Shown piece after piece: positions 25,391 to 37,575 of a DNA stretch of 64,000 nucleotides. The first letter of the stretch is position 1; every line of letters begins with the position of its first letter. The position numbers were made by a program, and so were the translations under genes. Below the pieces are notes generated by a model. It was not told the DNA's origin. It searched no databases and worked only from the letters and a program-made list of their open reading frames with translations. The DNA is from Chlorokybus atmophyticus (taxonomy: Eukaryota; Plantae; Mesostigma and Chlorokybus algae), in contig RHPI01002262.1 in the NCBI GenBank assembly GCA_009103225.1, positions 1,060,955 through 1,124,954 on the forward strand, written 5' to 3'.

Positions 25391-28300
25391 TTAAGGTGGG
25401 GGCCAAATTACCGCCGACACGTTGGCGTCTTGCATTAGGCATGGCAACCAAAAAGGGTGAGGTTGCTTGCAGAATGGACACGCTTGTATATTCTTTGATT
25501 TATTTGCCACAGTCTTCTGATGTGCTATGATGCAGACATGGCACATCGCTTTCTTGTAACAGGGCGTCTCCCCATCCGCTGGGGGGGAGGGCTCTTCAAT
25601 GCGACAAATCAGCACACATGGTGCACGCGGGTGTGCAAGCTGCCTCTGCCACCAAACTCTGTTATCGCGTCGCAGGCGTANCAGGCGTAGCGACTCCCAT
25701 CCGAATGGCGCAGCATAACGCTTCACTGCCTGCTTGATCACCTGTTGCCCATCTGCCGCCATACACCACCTGCTGGTTTTGGTGGTCTCGTCAAGCATGC
25801 GTTCATCCAGGCCCTCGACATGGCTGTCGTCACTCGTGTACTCCCCCGCATCATCATTTTCTTCGAGCTTCCACAGAATCAGCTTGACGTGCCGTATGAC
25901 ATACAGCCACTGCCAGCCAAAGCATGCCAAGTACAGCTCGAATGATTTTACTTGCCACCCGGTATGTTTGCTCAGGTAGTGGCACACATCTCGACCCGCA
26001 TTAGTCGACATCGACAGGTACATCTGCTGCAGCAGGTCGAAGTTCTGCTCCGCAAATAGCTCTTGCACATTGCCGGGTTGCTGCGGCAGCAACAACACCA
26101 TCATATCGAGGACGGCGAGGGGCAACAACGTACTACGGATGGCCATATCGTGTATGGGTTCCAACCATGGCCAATCCCCAAAGGTCTGTTTAGACCGCAC
26201 TCTCCGCGTTTGCTCCCACTTATTGCATACTTTCGTCACCCACTCCGAGGCATGCCGCATGCGGTGATGCAGCGCGTCTTGGGCGTACTGTAGGGTGATC
26301 AACTCCTTTGCACTACGAGTCAACCCCTCAAAGCGTCTGCGCGTCGGTGCTTTGAGCTTAGGCAGCTCGTGCCGCACCGGCTGTCTCTCCGGACGATGCT
26401 GAGCAGCCACTTGACGCTGTAAACCCGCCTGTGCCTACTCAGGACACACAGTCAGCCCCAGTGAGGCTTCAAGGCGCTGTGCTTCTTCTAATGTTGTAAC
26501 GATTCCTTTACCTTTCCATTTTTGGTCCTGTCAGCGTCCTTTGTTCAAATAACCTTCTTCTTTGTTTTTTGTCACCCTGCACATCCTGGCAGGCGCTCTC
26601 CGTGGCACTGTCACTCAGAGGAGGTAAGGCGTTATCTTCTTGCTCCACAGCCTTGCGCTTGTTGATTGCCTCCCGTTCCTCCACGACCTCATGTTGCTTC
26701 ATAAGGTCGAGCATGAAGCCTTTGTCTTTCAGCGCAGCTTTCTGGACACCTCGATCAATCTCTTTACCAACAAGACAGAATGGAATTAATGTGGCAAGCT
26801 TAGAGGGAGAGGGCGAGCTGCAGCTGCTTCTTGATGGAGATGCCTCCGGATGGTCAGAGTGCCGTGGCAAGTGAGTCTCCGCGGCAGGAAGGGAGGGTGC
26901 TGAATTGGGATTGTGAGCATGTGGTTGTGGTTGAGGGGAGGCAGGATGTGCAGAACACTCGGCTACTTTTTGCATAGCACACGAAGGCGAGGCCTGAGGC
27001 GTTGGCGCAGCACTCTGGGTCACAGCCGGTGGTAGCGGGGAATTGGCAACGCCATTCCGCCACTCTCCGATTAGGTGTGTTACCTCCGGTGGCACTTCAT
27101 GCATAGGCCACGACCACTGTTCCGTGCTTGCAGGCTTGAGAAGCCAAAAGCGAGCTTCTGGCTCATCAGGAGCAGTGTTGCCCACCATCAGGACTGAGTT
27201 GGGGGCTTCTTTATTTCCAACCCAAGCTGCGCTGCCGGGCCGTAGCACCCACTCCCCTATACTCGCGCTGAACGGTCACGCAGGCAATCAATAAGCTCAG
27301 CTTGTTGGCAAACATGGTCATCTGCAGGTGCTCGATGTACACATTTTTTCTCCGCACAATCTGTCGCACCTTGGCCATGGCTAGGTCAATGTTGCAATTG
27401 ACATCAGCCAACATGGTCGCAGGCAGTTTGTTGTAACACTGCGCCATCTCTCCCGCGGCACCAGTGGCTCTGCAGAAGTCTAGGATTCTGCTCGCCACGC
27501 CTGCATCGACAGCCTTGGCGGTGATTTTGCGGAGCGTGTGCCCCCTGCCGTCGTCGTCCATGGTGTCCAGCATGGCCCAAAATCTGCTCGAGCTGGGGCA
27601 CTTGTGATCATCCAGGTCACTTTGCGCTATAAATGGCCTGGCGCAAAATACACAATGGTAGAAGCAATTACCATCCGTTGGCGCATTGAAGTGGTCCCAT
27701 GAGGCGAGCTGGCCACCTAGCATGAGTGATGGCCGTATGCGGTTGCGACCAGCTCCTCTGATGACCCGCTGGCAGGTGGTGACCCCTGCTGCATGCGCAT
27801 ACAGCACTCAAATGGTGTGTCTAACTGTGGACGGCAAGAGTCACAGTGACTGATAAAGTACCTGAGTTTGGGGCAGACTGCCGGCTACAACTTGCAGCGG
27901 GTGGGGTAAGGTAGGTGCAGAAGCCACATCGGTTGTTGCATTGTGATGTGGTCTCGCCGGTGGCGGCAAGAAGGATTGTTGCCCCGCAATCACCGGTGCT
28001 GCTTGTGGAGGAGATGGCAGTGCATGAAGGACTGGTGCCGCGGAAAGTGGTTGCGCTCTGGCTGCGAGGGGAGCAGGAGCTACAGGTGAGACCACTTGTG
28101 TATGCAGCAAGGGGGGCTATATACAGGACCCAGGATAAGATGGCTCACAATGTTGCAAAGGACGAATATAAGCTTATGCAGTGCCTGACGCATTTTACCA
28201 AGGCACGAGCATAAAAGACAGCGACTTACCTCAATGGCCCGTGGGCTGCATGGAGCAGGGGAAGCCATGGGGGTTGACAAGGTGGTATTGGGTGCACTCT

Positions 28301-29430
28301 CCCCGCCACCCTCGATCGTAGACTCGTTACGGAGCTTGTGAGCCATGGGCACATCATGCGCCACTGCCCCAATGGACATGTCGGGATTCAACAGGCCAAC
28401 ATGCATGTTAAACTGATGCCGCATTGTCGCCGCGCCCATCAGCAAGTGGGATTGAAGGACCGGTTGATGGGATTGAATCCAGGCTTGCATAGGAGCTCCA
28501 ACAGGACCTGGTGCACTGTGGTGCTGTCAACCAATCACATGTGGGTTAGCTGCATGCTTGCGACACTGCAATTGCAATAGTCAATTGCGTCACACCGTCA
28601 TCAGTTGGTTGCTTCGAACAGTCACCTACGGCATTGCTGGTTGATGCACGAATGATTGCATGGACTGCGTCATTGCTGGTTGATGCACTATTGGTTGAAT
28701 GCCGGACAAATGGCCACGCGCTCCTGTGCTCAAACCCAGCCTACTTCGTTCGGCACGCGCGCGCGACTTCGCACGCTCACGCACAACCTAGCATGCAAAG
28801 GTAGGCATGCATTGGAGGTGCATGCAGTCAACATGCACAGCGAGATTGGCAACAATATACCGCCGCCCAGCTCTGTCTATCTGCTCTGGCTTCCGCAATG
28901 TCGGCTTGACTGTAGGGTGGGTATGGGTGAATAGTGGAGGCCTGCAGCCACGCTACATATATCACATAGACTGCGCTAAAAAACAAATTGCTCTTGCAAG
29001 GAAATGCATGTGACTGTTGAGCGTACCTCTACATTCCTTTGTGCTTGTTCCCACAGCCGCAATTGGTCCCGCATGGTTCTGACAAGGGGCTCCAAGGACT
29101 GCAGCTCCTGACCCACTCCTTGTTGCAGAAAGCGAGCCACCAAACAGCTCTCTGTGCGAAGATGGTCTTTAATGGCTTGCCTGCTGGTTTGTCCAATGTT
29201 GGTGATGCATGTTGGACAGCATTGCTGACGCCTGTCATGATCCATGACGTGGCGACCGGTAGTAGCTGGCTTCGCTGCTTGAACTCTTATGACCACAACT
29301 TCTCGCAAGATGTGCGCCGTCGCCGCCGCCGCCTCCTCCGACTTCTGGTCCTCCGCCTCCTAGTCGAACCCAGGCCCATCAAGCGTGACATTCGACCCGT
29401 CATTGACCTGGTGCCCGTGCGTGCCATCAT
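25391..29430 (-). pseudogene. Multi-exon gene with an OTU-like cysteine protease motif and a C-terminal RING-like finger
   Basis: HFNAPTDGNCFYHCV (about 27650-27690) resembles the OTU Cys loop DGNC; later KNVYIEHLQMTMFANKLSLLIACV. C-terminal CVLIC..PCYKKAMCHVC..CPFC at about 25465-25620. Donor/acceptor sites link ORFs 28976-29308, 28080-28490, 27841-28110, 27211-27807, 26508-27248 and 25391-26410. Frameshifts present. Confidence 0.55.
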
Positions 29431-29522
29431 CCGGCCATCAATGAAGCGTGTTTGGGTGAGTGCACGCTAACTCCCATTTGGGCTGATCGAGCAATGCCTC
29501 TGTCGTACCATGGATGGTACGA

Positions 29523-29602
29523 CCAACCCCAGCCATTGCCGTACAATGGCTCTGTCGTACCATGGTACGACAGAGCCATTGTACGGCAATGGCTGGGGTT
29601 GG
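29523..29602. repeat. Perfect 80-bp spacerless palindrome inside a GTAC array (29490-29705)
   Basis: CCAACCCCAGCCATTGCCGTACAATGGCTCTGTCGTACCA|TGGTACGACAGAGCCATTGTACGGCAATGGCTGGGGTTGG; the 40-bp arms are exact reverse complements. Confidence 0.95.
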
Positions 29603-31276
29603 ACGAGAGATGCCTCTGTCGAACCATAAATGTTACGACACAACCATTGATACCAATGGTTGTACGAAGCATGGATGGCACGAATGCATAAGTCGTACCA
29701 TCAACCATATGAGCAAGGACGCACTACAAGTGCGACTCTAGTGCGGGACTCTAGACGTTCATAACCGCCTTATTTTCCTTTTTGCGTCTCGTACATTCGG
29801 GCGGGCCAACCGGCGGCGGCAACGCTGGAGGCGGCAGCGCCACTATCAGCTAAACAGGCGGCACCCAACTATCAGTTGGAGAGATGCCTCGTGGTCCATC
29901 CGTAAGTGCACCTCGTCGTGGAGGTCGGCGCCAGTTGTCCACATTGCCCCCACTGTTCAACCAGGCAACCGTTGCCAACCAATCGCAGCAAGACCCCGCG
30001 CTAACGCCCAGCACATCACAACAACTCCACCTGACACCGCAGTTGCAAGGGCAAGCTAGACCGCATGCGTTTTTGATGCACTGTGCACGTTGCTTCTTGC
30101 TCAACTTCTAACTTGGATGCTTGTTTCATGACTAGCACAGTGACTCACTGCATGTGTTCTGGATACACTGTGCACGTTGTTCTTTTTTTGCAACTGTGAG
30201 GGTTGCATCTTTCATGGCTGGCAGCATGACTTATGTGGTTGTGCTTGCAGAGGTTCGATTGGAACCCCCAACCCAAACGCATTTGGCCGTGACGTGGCAA
30301 CCTCGGCCGTCAGCAACCCTTCCCCAAGCAAGTGGAAGATTGGCAACGAGGTAAGCACTGTGTGACACTGTGACATTGTGTGTATGTGTGTAGCGGATTG
30401 TTCATGTGTGGACAGCATTTGCGAGATGCCGTTGTTGAAATTATAAACGGCCACTGAGTAGAGAGCCACGTTTATCTCAAGGAGGACACTATTTGTAGCG
30501 TCATGTGTCAGGTGCTGTGAATGCTTCATGACCGCACTGCACCGTGACACTGACCAACCTGCCCGTGACAGGTAGTTGGCTTCGACCATGACGACGAGGC
30601 CGATGCGGCCAATATCTATGAGGTGTACTGGACTCCCAAGGAGTGCCCCTTCCACTGGAGTGTCGCCTTGAAGAAAGCTACGCAGGTCCGGTCTGAGAAC
30701 GTCACCAAGATCAAGCATGTCCTTGAGAAGGAGTACAAGTGGACACCGTTTAACAGCAACAAGCGCAAGTGAGTTGGGTCCCTCACCACCATGTCTGCTA
30801 TGCAACACTGCCTTCTAACTCAGCCTCCATGTTGAGAAGCAAGCATGCAAGTGAAGAGGGCAAGCAATGACACACAGGAGAAGGCAACACACTTCCCGAT
30901 TTATTACCAACAGACCGCGGGGTTATATACCCGCCAGTCAGTACACAGTTTGTACACACTGCTGGTCTACATGCAACAGCGTCTGATATACTGAACCATA
31001 TCCTACGCTGTAAGATGTGCCACGTAGCTAACTTGATAAGCTTCGTAACAAGCTATGCCACGTCCTATAAGACTGAGTATCCTAGGAGATATGACGATTC
31101 TCCTAGGACCCTTCTCTGCAGTCCGCGCCAGGACCTTCATGTCCGGAGTCTTCGAGGTCCTCCCATCGAGGTCCCTTCTCTTCTCTCTTGTATGCAGGGC
31201 AGGCTGACCGGATGTAGGAATATCTTCAACACTCCCACGCGGGCAGCTTGGCCTCCAACGCTTGGTCTTCTTTCAC

Positions 31277-34200
31277 CTAAGCACATATGCCGAGTCCCTT
31301 GCAACATGCCTTGAACTTCAGCGGTGACAGTGGCTTCGTCATGAAGTCCGCGAGCATGTCTTCCGTATTGCAATATTGGAACTCAACCTCCTTGCGTGTG
31401 ACTCTGTCTCGCACAAAGTGATGCATGACATCAATGTGCTTTGTCCTTGTCGAGGCGATGGGGTGCTTCAGCAACTTGATGGCGCCTTGGTTGTCGCAGT
31501 TGATCGTGATGCACGCCATCGGTTGCTCCAGATCTGCCATCAGCTTGCGAAGCCATAACCCCTCCTTCACTGCAGCCGATGCTGCCATGTACTCCGCTTC
31601 CGAAGTAGATGCAGCTGTTGTGGGTTGCAGCCTACTGTTCCAGCTCACCACGCCTCCATTCAACTTGAAGACGTACGCCGTGGTGGACCTCCTGCTATCG
31701 AGGTCACCTGCAAAGTCTGCGTCGCAATAGCCCTCCATCTCTGTGCTTCCGCAACCAAACTTGATGCCAACACTTGCGCTTCCAGCCACGTAGCGCAATA
31801 CTCCCTTCGCTGCACGCCAGTGCTCCATGCTTGGTGCAGACATGTAGCGCGCAAGCACTCCAACTGCATGTGCGATGTCGGGTCTTGTGCACACTGCTAG
31901 GTAGAGCATACTCCCAACAAGCTCACCATAGGGATACTGAGCCTTGTCGAGTACTTCCTCATCTTTCGCTTTGACGAGGTTGGTGCCGAGTGCCAATGGA
32001 GTAGACTTGGTCTTTGCTTCGTTGAGTCCGAACTTGGTGACAAGTTGCTTCACCATCTGCTCTTGGCTGATCTTGATTGTGCGTGCTGCTCTGTCACGCT
32101 CTATCACCATGCCAAGAAATAACTTGACCTCTCCAAGGTCGCGTACTGCGAATGCTTGCTGCAATCCGTGCTTCGTTTCCTTCAGGTCTTCAACTTGCTT
32201 GGCCGTGACGATGATGTCGTCCACATACACGAGCAAGTAAACCTTCTTCTCTTCATGGATGAAGAGCCCCGGATCCGCTGAGGATGCTTTGTAGCCGAGT
32301 TTCTCCAACTCTTTCGTGAGGCGAATGTGCCACACACGTGGTGCTTGTCGCAGCCCATACAAAGCCTTGATCAACTTGCAAGCCATGCCTGGCTCCCCTT
32401 CTGCGTAGCCTGGTGGTTGCTTGGTGTAGATCTCTTCCTCCAGCTCTCCGTAAAGGAAAGCAGTCTTCACATCAAGGTGGTGACACTCGAGGTCTTCAGC
32501 AGCAACCATGGCGATCAATGTGCGGAAGGTTGCATGCTTACTTGCAGGTGCAAACACTTCATTGAAATCCACACCTTCTTGTTGCAAAAATCCCTTTGCC
32601 ACCAACCTTGCCTTGTAGCGCTCGATGTTGCCTTGACCATCACGCTTCACCTTGAACACCCACTTGACCGGAATGGGCTTCACACCTTGCGGGGGCTTCT
32701 CCAACACCCATGTGTTGTTGGCATGGAGTGATGCAATCTCATCATCCATAGCTCGCTGCCATTGTTCTGCATCTGGTGCTCGCAATGCCTCCTCGTAGGT
32801 GCTTGGTTCTTCACTCTCGTCATTGTGCACACTAGCGATGTGTGCCTTGTAGAAGTCAGGTGCTTGTCTTTCCCTCACTGGGTAGCGTCGAGCTTGCTCC
32901 TGCTGCTTCTGCTTCTCGCCTGCTACAGATGAGCCCTGCTCTTTATTGATGACTGATGCCTCGCCTTCAACCTCTTCTCTGCTTGAAAGCTCTTCAGGTT
33001 GTGCTTTGTCATCTTCATCTTGAGGGTAGAAACCTTCTTCAGCTTCAACTTGTGATGAGCCTTCGTGGAACACGACTTCTCTGCTCACCACAATCTTGCG
33101 CGTGTCCTCCAGTAGGACCTTGTACGCCTTTGAGCCTGGTTCGTAGCCAACGAAGATGCCCTTCTTGCTGACCGGCTCCAACTTGTGTCGCAATTGACTT
33201 GGCACAAGTGCATATGCCACACATCCGAACACACGCATGCCACTCACATCTGGCGCTTCACCGTAAAAGAGCTCCCACGGAGTCTTTTGCTCAGAGCTTA
33301 TCGGTGAACGGTTGCGGATGTAGTTGGCAGTGAGAACGGCCTCTTTCCACAGACTGTCCTCCAACTTGGTGTCATAGAGCATGGCTCGAACACGCTCCAA
33401 CAACGTTCGGTTGAGACGTTCAGCTGCTCCATTCCGCTGCGGAGTGTATGGTGCTGTTGTCTCATGCCGTATGCCTTTGCTGACGAAGAACTCTTTGAGC
33501 TGGGCGTTGATGTACTCCCCTCCTCAATCACTTCTCATTGCTTTCATTTTCTTGCCCGATTGAATCTTAAGCAATGCAATGACTGTACGCACAGCTCCAG
33601 CGACTTCTGACTTTTGAATCAAAGGGAACACGATGGAAAGCTTGCTGTAGTCGTCGAGGAATGTTGCAAAGTACCTTACCCCTCCTTTCGCCACAATCCG
33701 CATAGGCCCGCAAACGTCCATGTGCACAAGCTCGCAGGGATGTTTGCTACTTGAAGAAGATGATGAGAACGGCATGCGATGCTGCTTGGCCAACACACAG
33801 GGTTCACAGAGCGTAGTTGAAGACGCTTGAAAATCTTCCTTGCTCCCAGTAATGCCCTTCACCATGTCTTCAGCGACCAGGCGTGTGAGGTTGCTGTAGC
33901 CCAAATGCCCGAACCTTCGATGCCAAAGCTCAGCCGTCTCCTTCTCCTTCACAATCATGGCCTTGCTGCCATGAGTCTGCTCCACAATGTAGAGCCCTCC
34001 TCGTTGGGTGCCGACCATGTACTCGACCCCATCCATGCGTACGGAGCAGCGTCCCTCCCGGATCACTATCTCAGCTCCCACGCGCTCAGCAACTCTCACA
34101 GAAAACAAGCTTGCAGCAGCTCCAGGTACGTGCAATGTTTCACGCAGTGCCACCTCTCTCTCACCATCACCAATCTTGCATTGAAGCCTCACTTCACCAA

Positions 34201-35158
34201 CTCCTATTGCTTTCAACTCGTGACCACTAAAGCCTTCCACCTTCCTTGTGGTTGACATCTTCCTGTAGTTCTTCATCACCTCCTTGTGCGGTGTGAGATG
34301 CTGGTCACAGCCTGAGTCAATTGCCCATGAAGTTGTATCAAACTTCCTTGAGGCAGTAAATGCAACACCCTTTTCTTTGCGTTGAGCGTTGCTACTGGTG
34401 CCTGCTTCAGATTGGTCTCGTTGGCGCTTACGACAATCCTTTGAGATATGTCCTTTAATACCACAATAGTGGCATGTGAGATTCTTGAACTTTGAGTTGC
34501 TGCCTTTCGCCTTGTTCTTGTCTTCATAGTTGCTTAATTTCTTGTATTTGTCTCGTGTGTAGAAGGCCACAGAGTCCGCTTGCTCTTCCTTCTTTGAGAC
34601 GCGTTGCTCCACAGTGAGCAACTTGGGTAGCACATCGTCTAGGATTAGCTCCGATGACGATGTCTCGAGCAGAGTAGCGACAACTTCGTACGCTAATGGC
34701 AGTCCTGCAACAATCGCCAATACGACCTCCGTCTCTTCCATCTTGTGGCCGACATTGATGAGGTCCGCCCACAGCTCTCTCGCACGTGCAACATACTTTG
34801 TGACCGGCTCGGCCGTCTCTTTATGAAGCGCGCTTAGCTGCTTGCGTAATTGTATCTTTCTGGTGTTGTTCTTGGCTTGGAATACGGCTGCAAGCTTCTC
34901 CCAAGCTTGTCTGCAATCTTCACATGCTGTGAGCATGGGAAAGTGATGTGGCTTGCAGCTAAGCACCATCAATGAATGTGCTTCAACTGAGTGTTCAAGC
35001 CAGATGCTTTCTTCTCCTGCTCTTGGTGCAGATGCCTTCGGGTCAACATACTTCCACATCTTCTTGTGGATAAGTAGTGCCTTCATCTCTACGCACCAAG
35101 TGCTGTAATTGTTTGTGTCCAGCTTTGTGATCAGCCCTTTATTGTAGCTTGCCTCCAT
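31277..35158 (-). CDS. Copia gag-pol (gag, CCHC knuckle, protease, integrase, RT, RNase H) with one in-frame stop
   Basis: CHYCGIKGHISKDC, WAIDSGC, WHRRFGH, HMDVCGP, RSD*GGEY (TGA at 33524-33526 where CGA is expected), YVDDI, ADFMTK. One frame over 1294 codons. Confidence 0.95.
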
Positions 35159-35288
35159 CTTTGTTGCGCCTGCTTTCTTCTTGCAGTTAGCACTTGAGAC
35201 TTGCTTTGATAATCTTCACGTGTTGTGACTTGAGTGACTTTGTTGACTTCAGTAACTTTTTTACACTTCACTCTTCAGCGCCTTCAGT

Positions 35289-35352
35289 CTAACCCTAACC
35301 CTAACCCTAACCCTAACCCTAACCCTAACCCTAACCCTAACCCTAACCCTAA
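35289..35352. repeat. Telomere-type (CCCTAA)10 tract inside the Copia 5' leader
   Basis: CTAA plus 10 exact CCCTAA units between the PBS and the gag start, flanked by GAGTGACTT/CTTCAGTCT leader repeats. Confidence 0.95.
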
Positions 35353-37236
35353 TCCTGGTTTGAGTGACTTCAATGACTTCGGTCTTGAATGACTTCGGTC
35401 TTCACTTCACTTTTCAGCGCCTTCAGTCTCGAGTGACTTCGGTCTTCTCTTCACTCTTCAGTCTTGAGTGACTTCGATCTTCACTTCAATGCACTTTGTC
35501 ACTTTTCTTCACTTCGCTTTCTTTCTCTTTCTCACACTCTTCACGTGTAGTGTGGGCCCATAACCTGTTGAGAAGCAAGCATGCAAGTGATGAGGGCAAG
35601 CAATGGCACACAGGAGAAGGCAACACACTTCCCGATTTATTACCAACAGACCGCGGGGTTATATACCCGCCAGTCAGCACACAGTTTGTACACACTGCTG
35701 GTCTACATGCAACAGCGTCCGATATACTGAACCATATCCTACGCTGTAAGATGTGCCACGTAGCTAACTTGATAAGCTTCGTAACAAGCTATGCCACGTC
35801 CTATAAGACTGAGTATCCTAGGAGATATGACGATTCTCCTAGGACCCTTCTCTGCAGTCCGCGCCAGGACCTTCATGTCCGGAGTCTTCGAGGTCCTCCC
35901 ATCGAGGTCCCTTCTCTTCTCTCTTGTATGCAGGGCAGGCTGACCGGATGTAGGAATATCTTTAACACTCCATACACACGTACTCATCTCGCCTATTGTA
36001 ACCGATGCAATCAGGCACATCGACGCCCTAATGGACCCCGAGACCCAAAAAGCCCAGATGCGCAACGCGCTCCAAAGTAAGTCACAGGCACTATTTTAGC
36101 CTGGTGCAGGCTCAACTTGAACTATATATTTCGTGACCAATGCCTTGTCGAGATGACTGTCGCAGATAAGTCATGGCGGAGATTTGAGGTGACCGACACT
36201 GCAGACCCGGAGCGGAGGAGATACATCCATGAATGGGGCAATCCCATAATCTGGCAAATGATCGTGCAATGCTGGTCTTACGCCGTCACTACACCTGGTC
36301 GCCGGCAGCTGACAGTCAACCACCTCGCATACCTGTTGCTTACGGTGAGCACTCTGAACTCCATCATTAGCAATTCAGGAATGATGTAGCCCCAAACTAC
36401 AGGCTTGCAGACGCGTTGCAGTGAATAGTGGCTTTCGATGCCACTAAGACATGCCTGTAAACTACGCAGGTGGAGCGCATCCTAAAGGGCAAGGATGGAG
36501 ACCCTCTTTTAGCTGCCAGCATAGACACACATGAAGAGTACTTCAGCGAAATCAATACCATGATCATGTCAATGAAGCGGGAGATGAGGCAACGGTACGC
36601 AGCCCTCCAGCCATTCACCCTTGAAACGCCGCACTGCATCTTGTGTCGAATATCTGAAAGATCCCAATCGGCGCCGGCCGCAAGAGACAGCAGCTCGTGA
36701 CCCGCTCGCTGAGGCAGAAGCGGCATTTGATTGGCTGGCACAACCGTTTGAGGAGGAAGAGCAAGCTCCGGCGTCTCCTCCACAGGCCCCAGCGCGTGGT
36801 GCTTTGTTCCGTAATGACGAGACCAGCGATGATAGAGAGGAGCTGTAGCGCAGTTGGTAGTCCGTTTAGCTGGTAGTATACATAGCTACAAGGCTCTTAT
36901 GACTGAGTGTTGTGCGTCTTAAACCAGCTCAGTCAATCGTCATTATGCTCATGCATGTCAATACTTGCATCCCTATGATATACAACAGATCTGCATTCGA
37001 GTCACATAATCGAACTACAAGCCTTCGCAAGTGACTGAGAGACACTGTACACATTTCAGGTACCTGTACATAGCACAGGCACATAACAATGCTGGCAGTC
37101 AGTGACAGTCGCGTGTAGTCAAGCTATGCAACTATGACGACAGTTAGGCATTACTTTCAGTTGTTAAAGAATGCCTCAACTTGTCGATAATTACCTAGTT
37201 GGTGCTTGTGAATTAGGCTTAGTCGCCTGCGCTGAA

Positions 37237-37502
37237 CTGGTGTGTAACCTGCAGGTGCCTGTCACATAGGTTGAGTCACCTAAATAAGACTGATGTGTAA
37301 TATGCAAGTGCCTGCTAATTATGTGTAGTCACTTGTTAAGGCCTGATGTGGAACTTACAGGTGCCTGTACATTATACAAAGTCACCTGTTAAGGCCTGAT
37401 GTGTAACTAACAGGTGCCTGTGAGTTATATACAGTCATTTGTTAGGGCATGATAGGTAACTGACAGGCGCCTGTCAATTAGGCATAGTCAACTGTTAAAG
37501 AC
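37237..37502. repeat. Diverged tandem array, 53-bp unit x5
   Basis: CTGATGTGTAAC..CAGGTGCCTGT..AGTCAC.TGTTAAGG starts at 37237, 37290, 37343, 37396 and about 37449. Confidence 0.85.
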
Positions 37503-37575
37503 TAAATTGTAACAAAAAGGGCCTGATAGCAACGAAAGTTACTATCAGACCCTTTTTAAGGTCCCTGTATCAAGA

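Larger units (their letters stand above)
30830..35967 (-). mobile_element. Full-length Ty1/Copia LTR retrotransposon
   Basis: 402-bp TG..CA LTRs at 30830-31231 and 35566-35967, about 5 differences by eye. 5-bp TSD CTCCA (30825-30829, 35968-35972). PBS GGTTATGGGCCCA next to the 5' LTR; purine-rich tract before the 3' LTR. Confidence 0.97.
29884..36848 (+). pseudogene. Spliced gene of unknown function interrupted by the Copia insertion
   Basis: Removing the Copia and one CTCCA restores exon NLHTHVLISPIVTDAIRHIDALMDPETQKAQMRNALQ. It joins upstream VVGFDHDDEADAANIYEVYWTPKECPFHW and downstream LNYIFRDQ..YLLLT|VERILKGKDG in phase. Confidence 0.55.

Noticed and set aside
23176-29430. A single giant OTU-RING-Tudor-MTase protein
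   Set aside because: A stop follows the RING at 25391 and a separate GTAC/telo-box region lies at 24960-25100, so two genes are more likely. Not excluded without transcripts.
29722-29743. CACTACAAG..TAGTG resembling a CACTA terminus
   Set aside because: No partner TIR or TSD was found, and spliced genes continue on both sides.
31376-34826. Numerous short plus-strand ORFs
   Set aside because: Shadows antisense to the Copia gag-pol.
35496-36080. 194-aa plus-strand ORF
   Set aside because: Mostly antisense Copia LTR; the same peptide recurs at 31015-31314.
37237-37502. CRISPR-like look of the 53-bp array
   Set aside because: Variable parts are only about 10 nt, the repeats are diverged, there are no cas genes and the context is eukaryotic.
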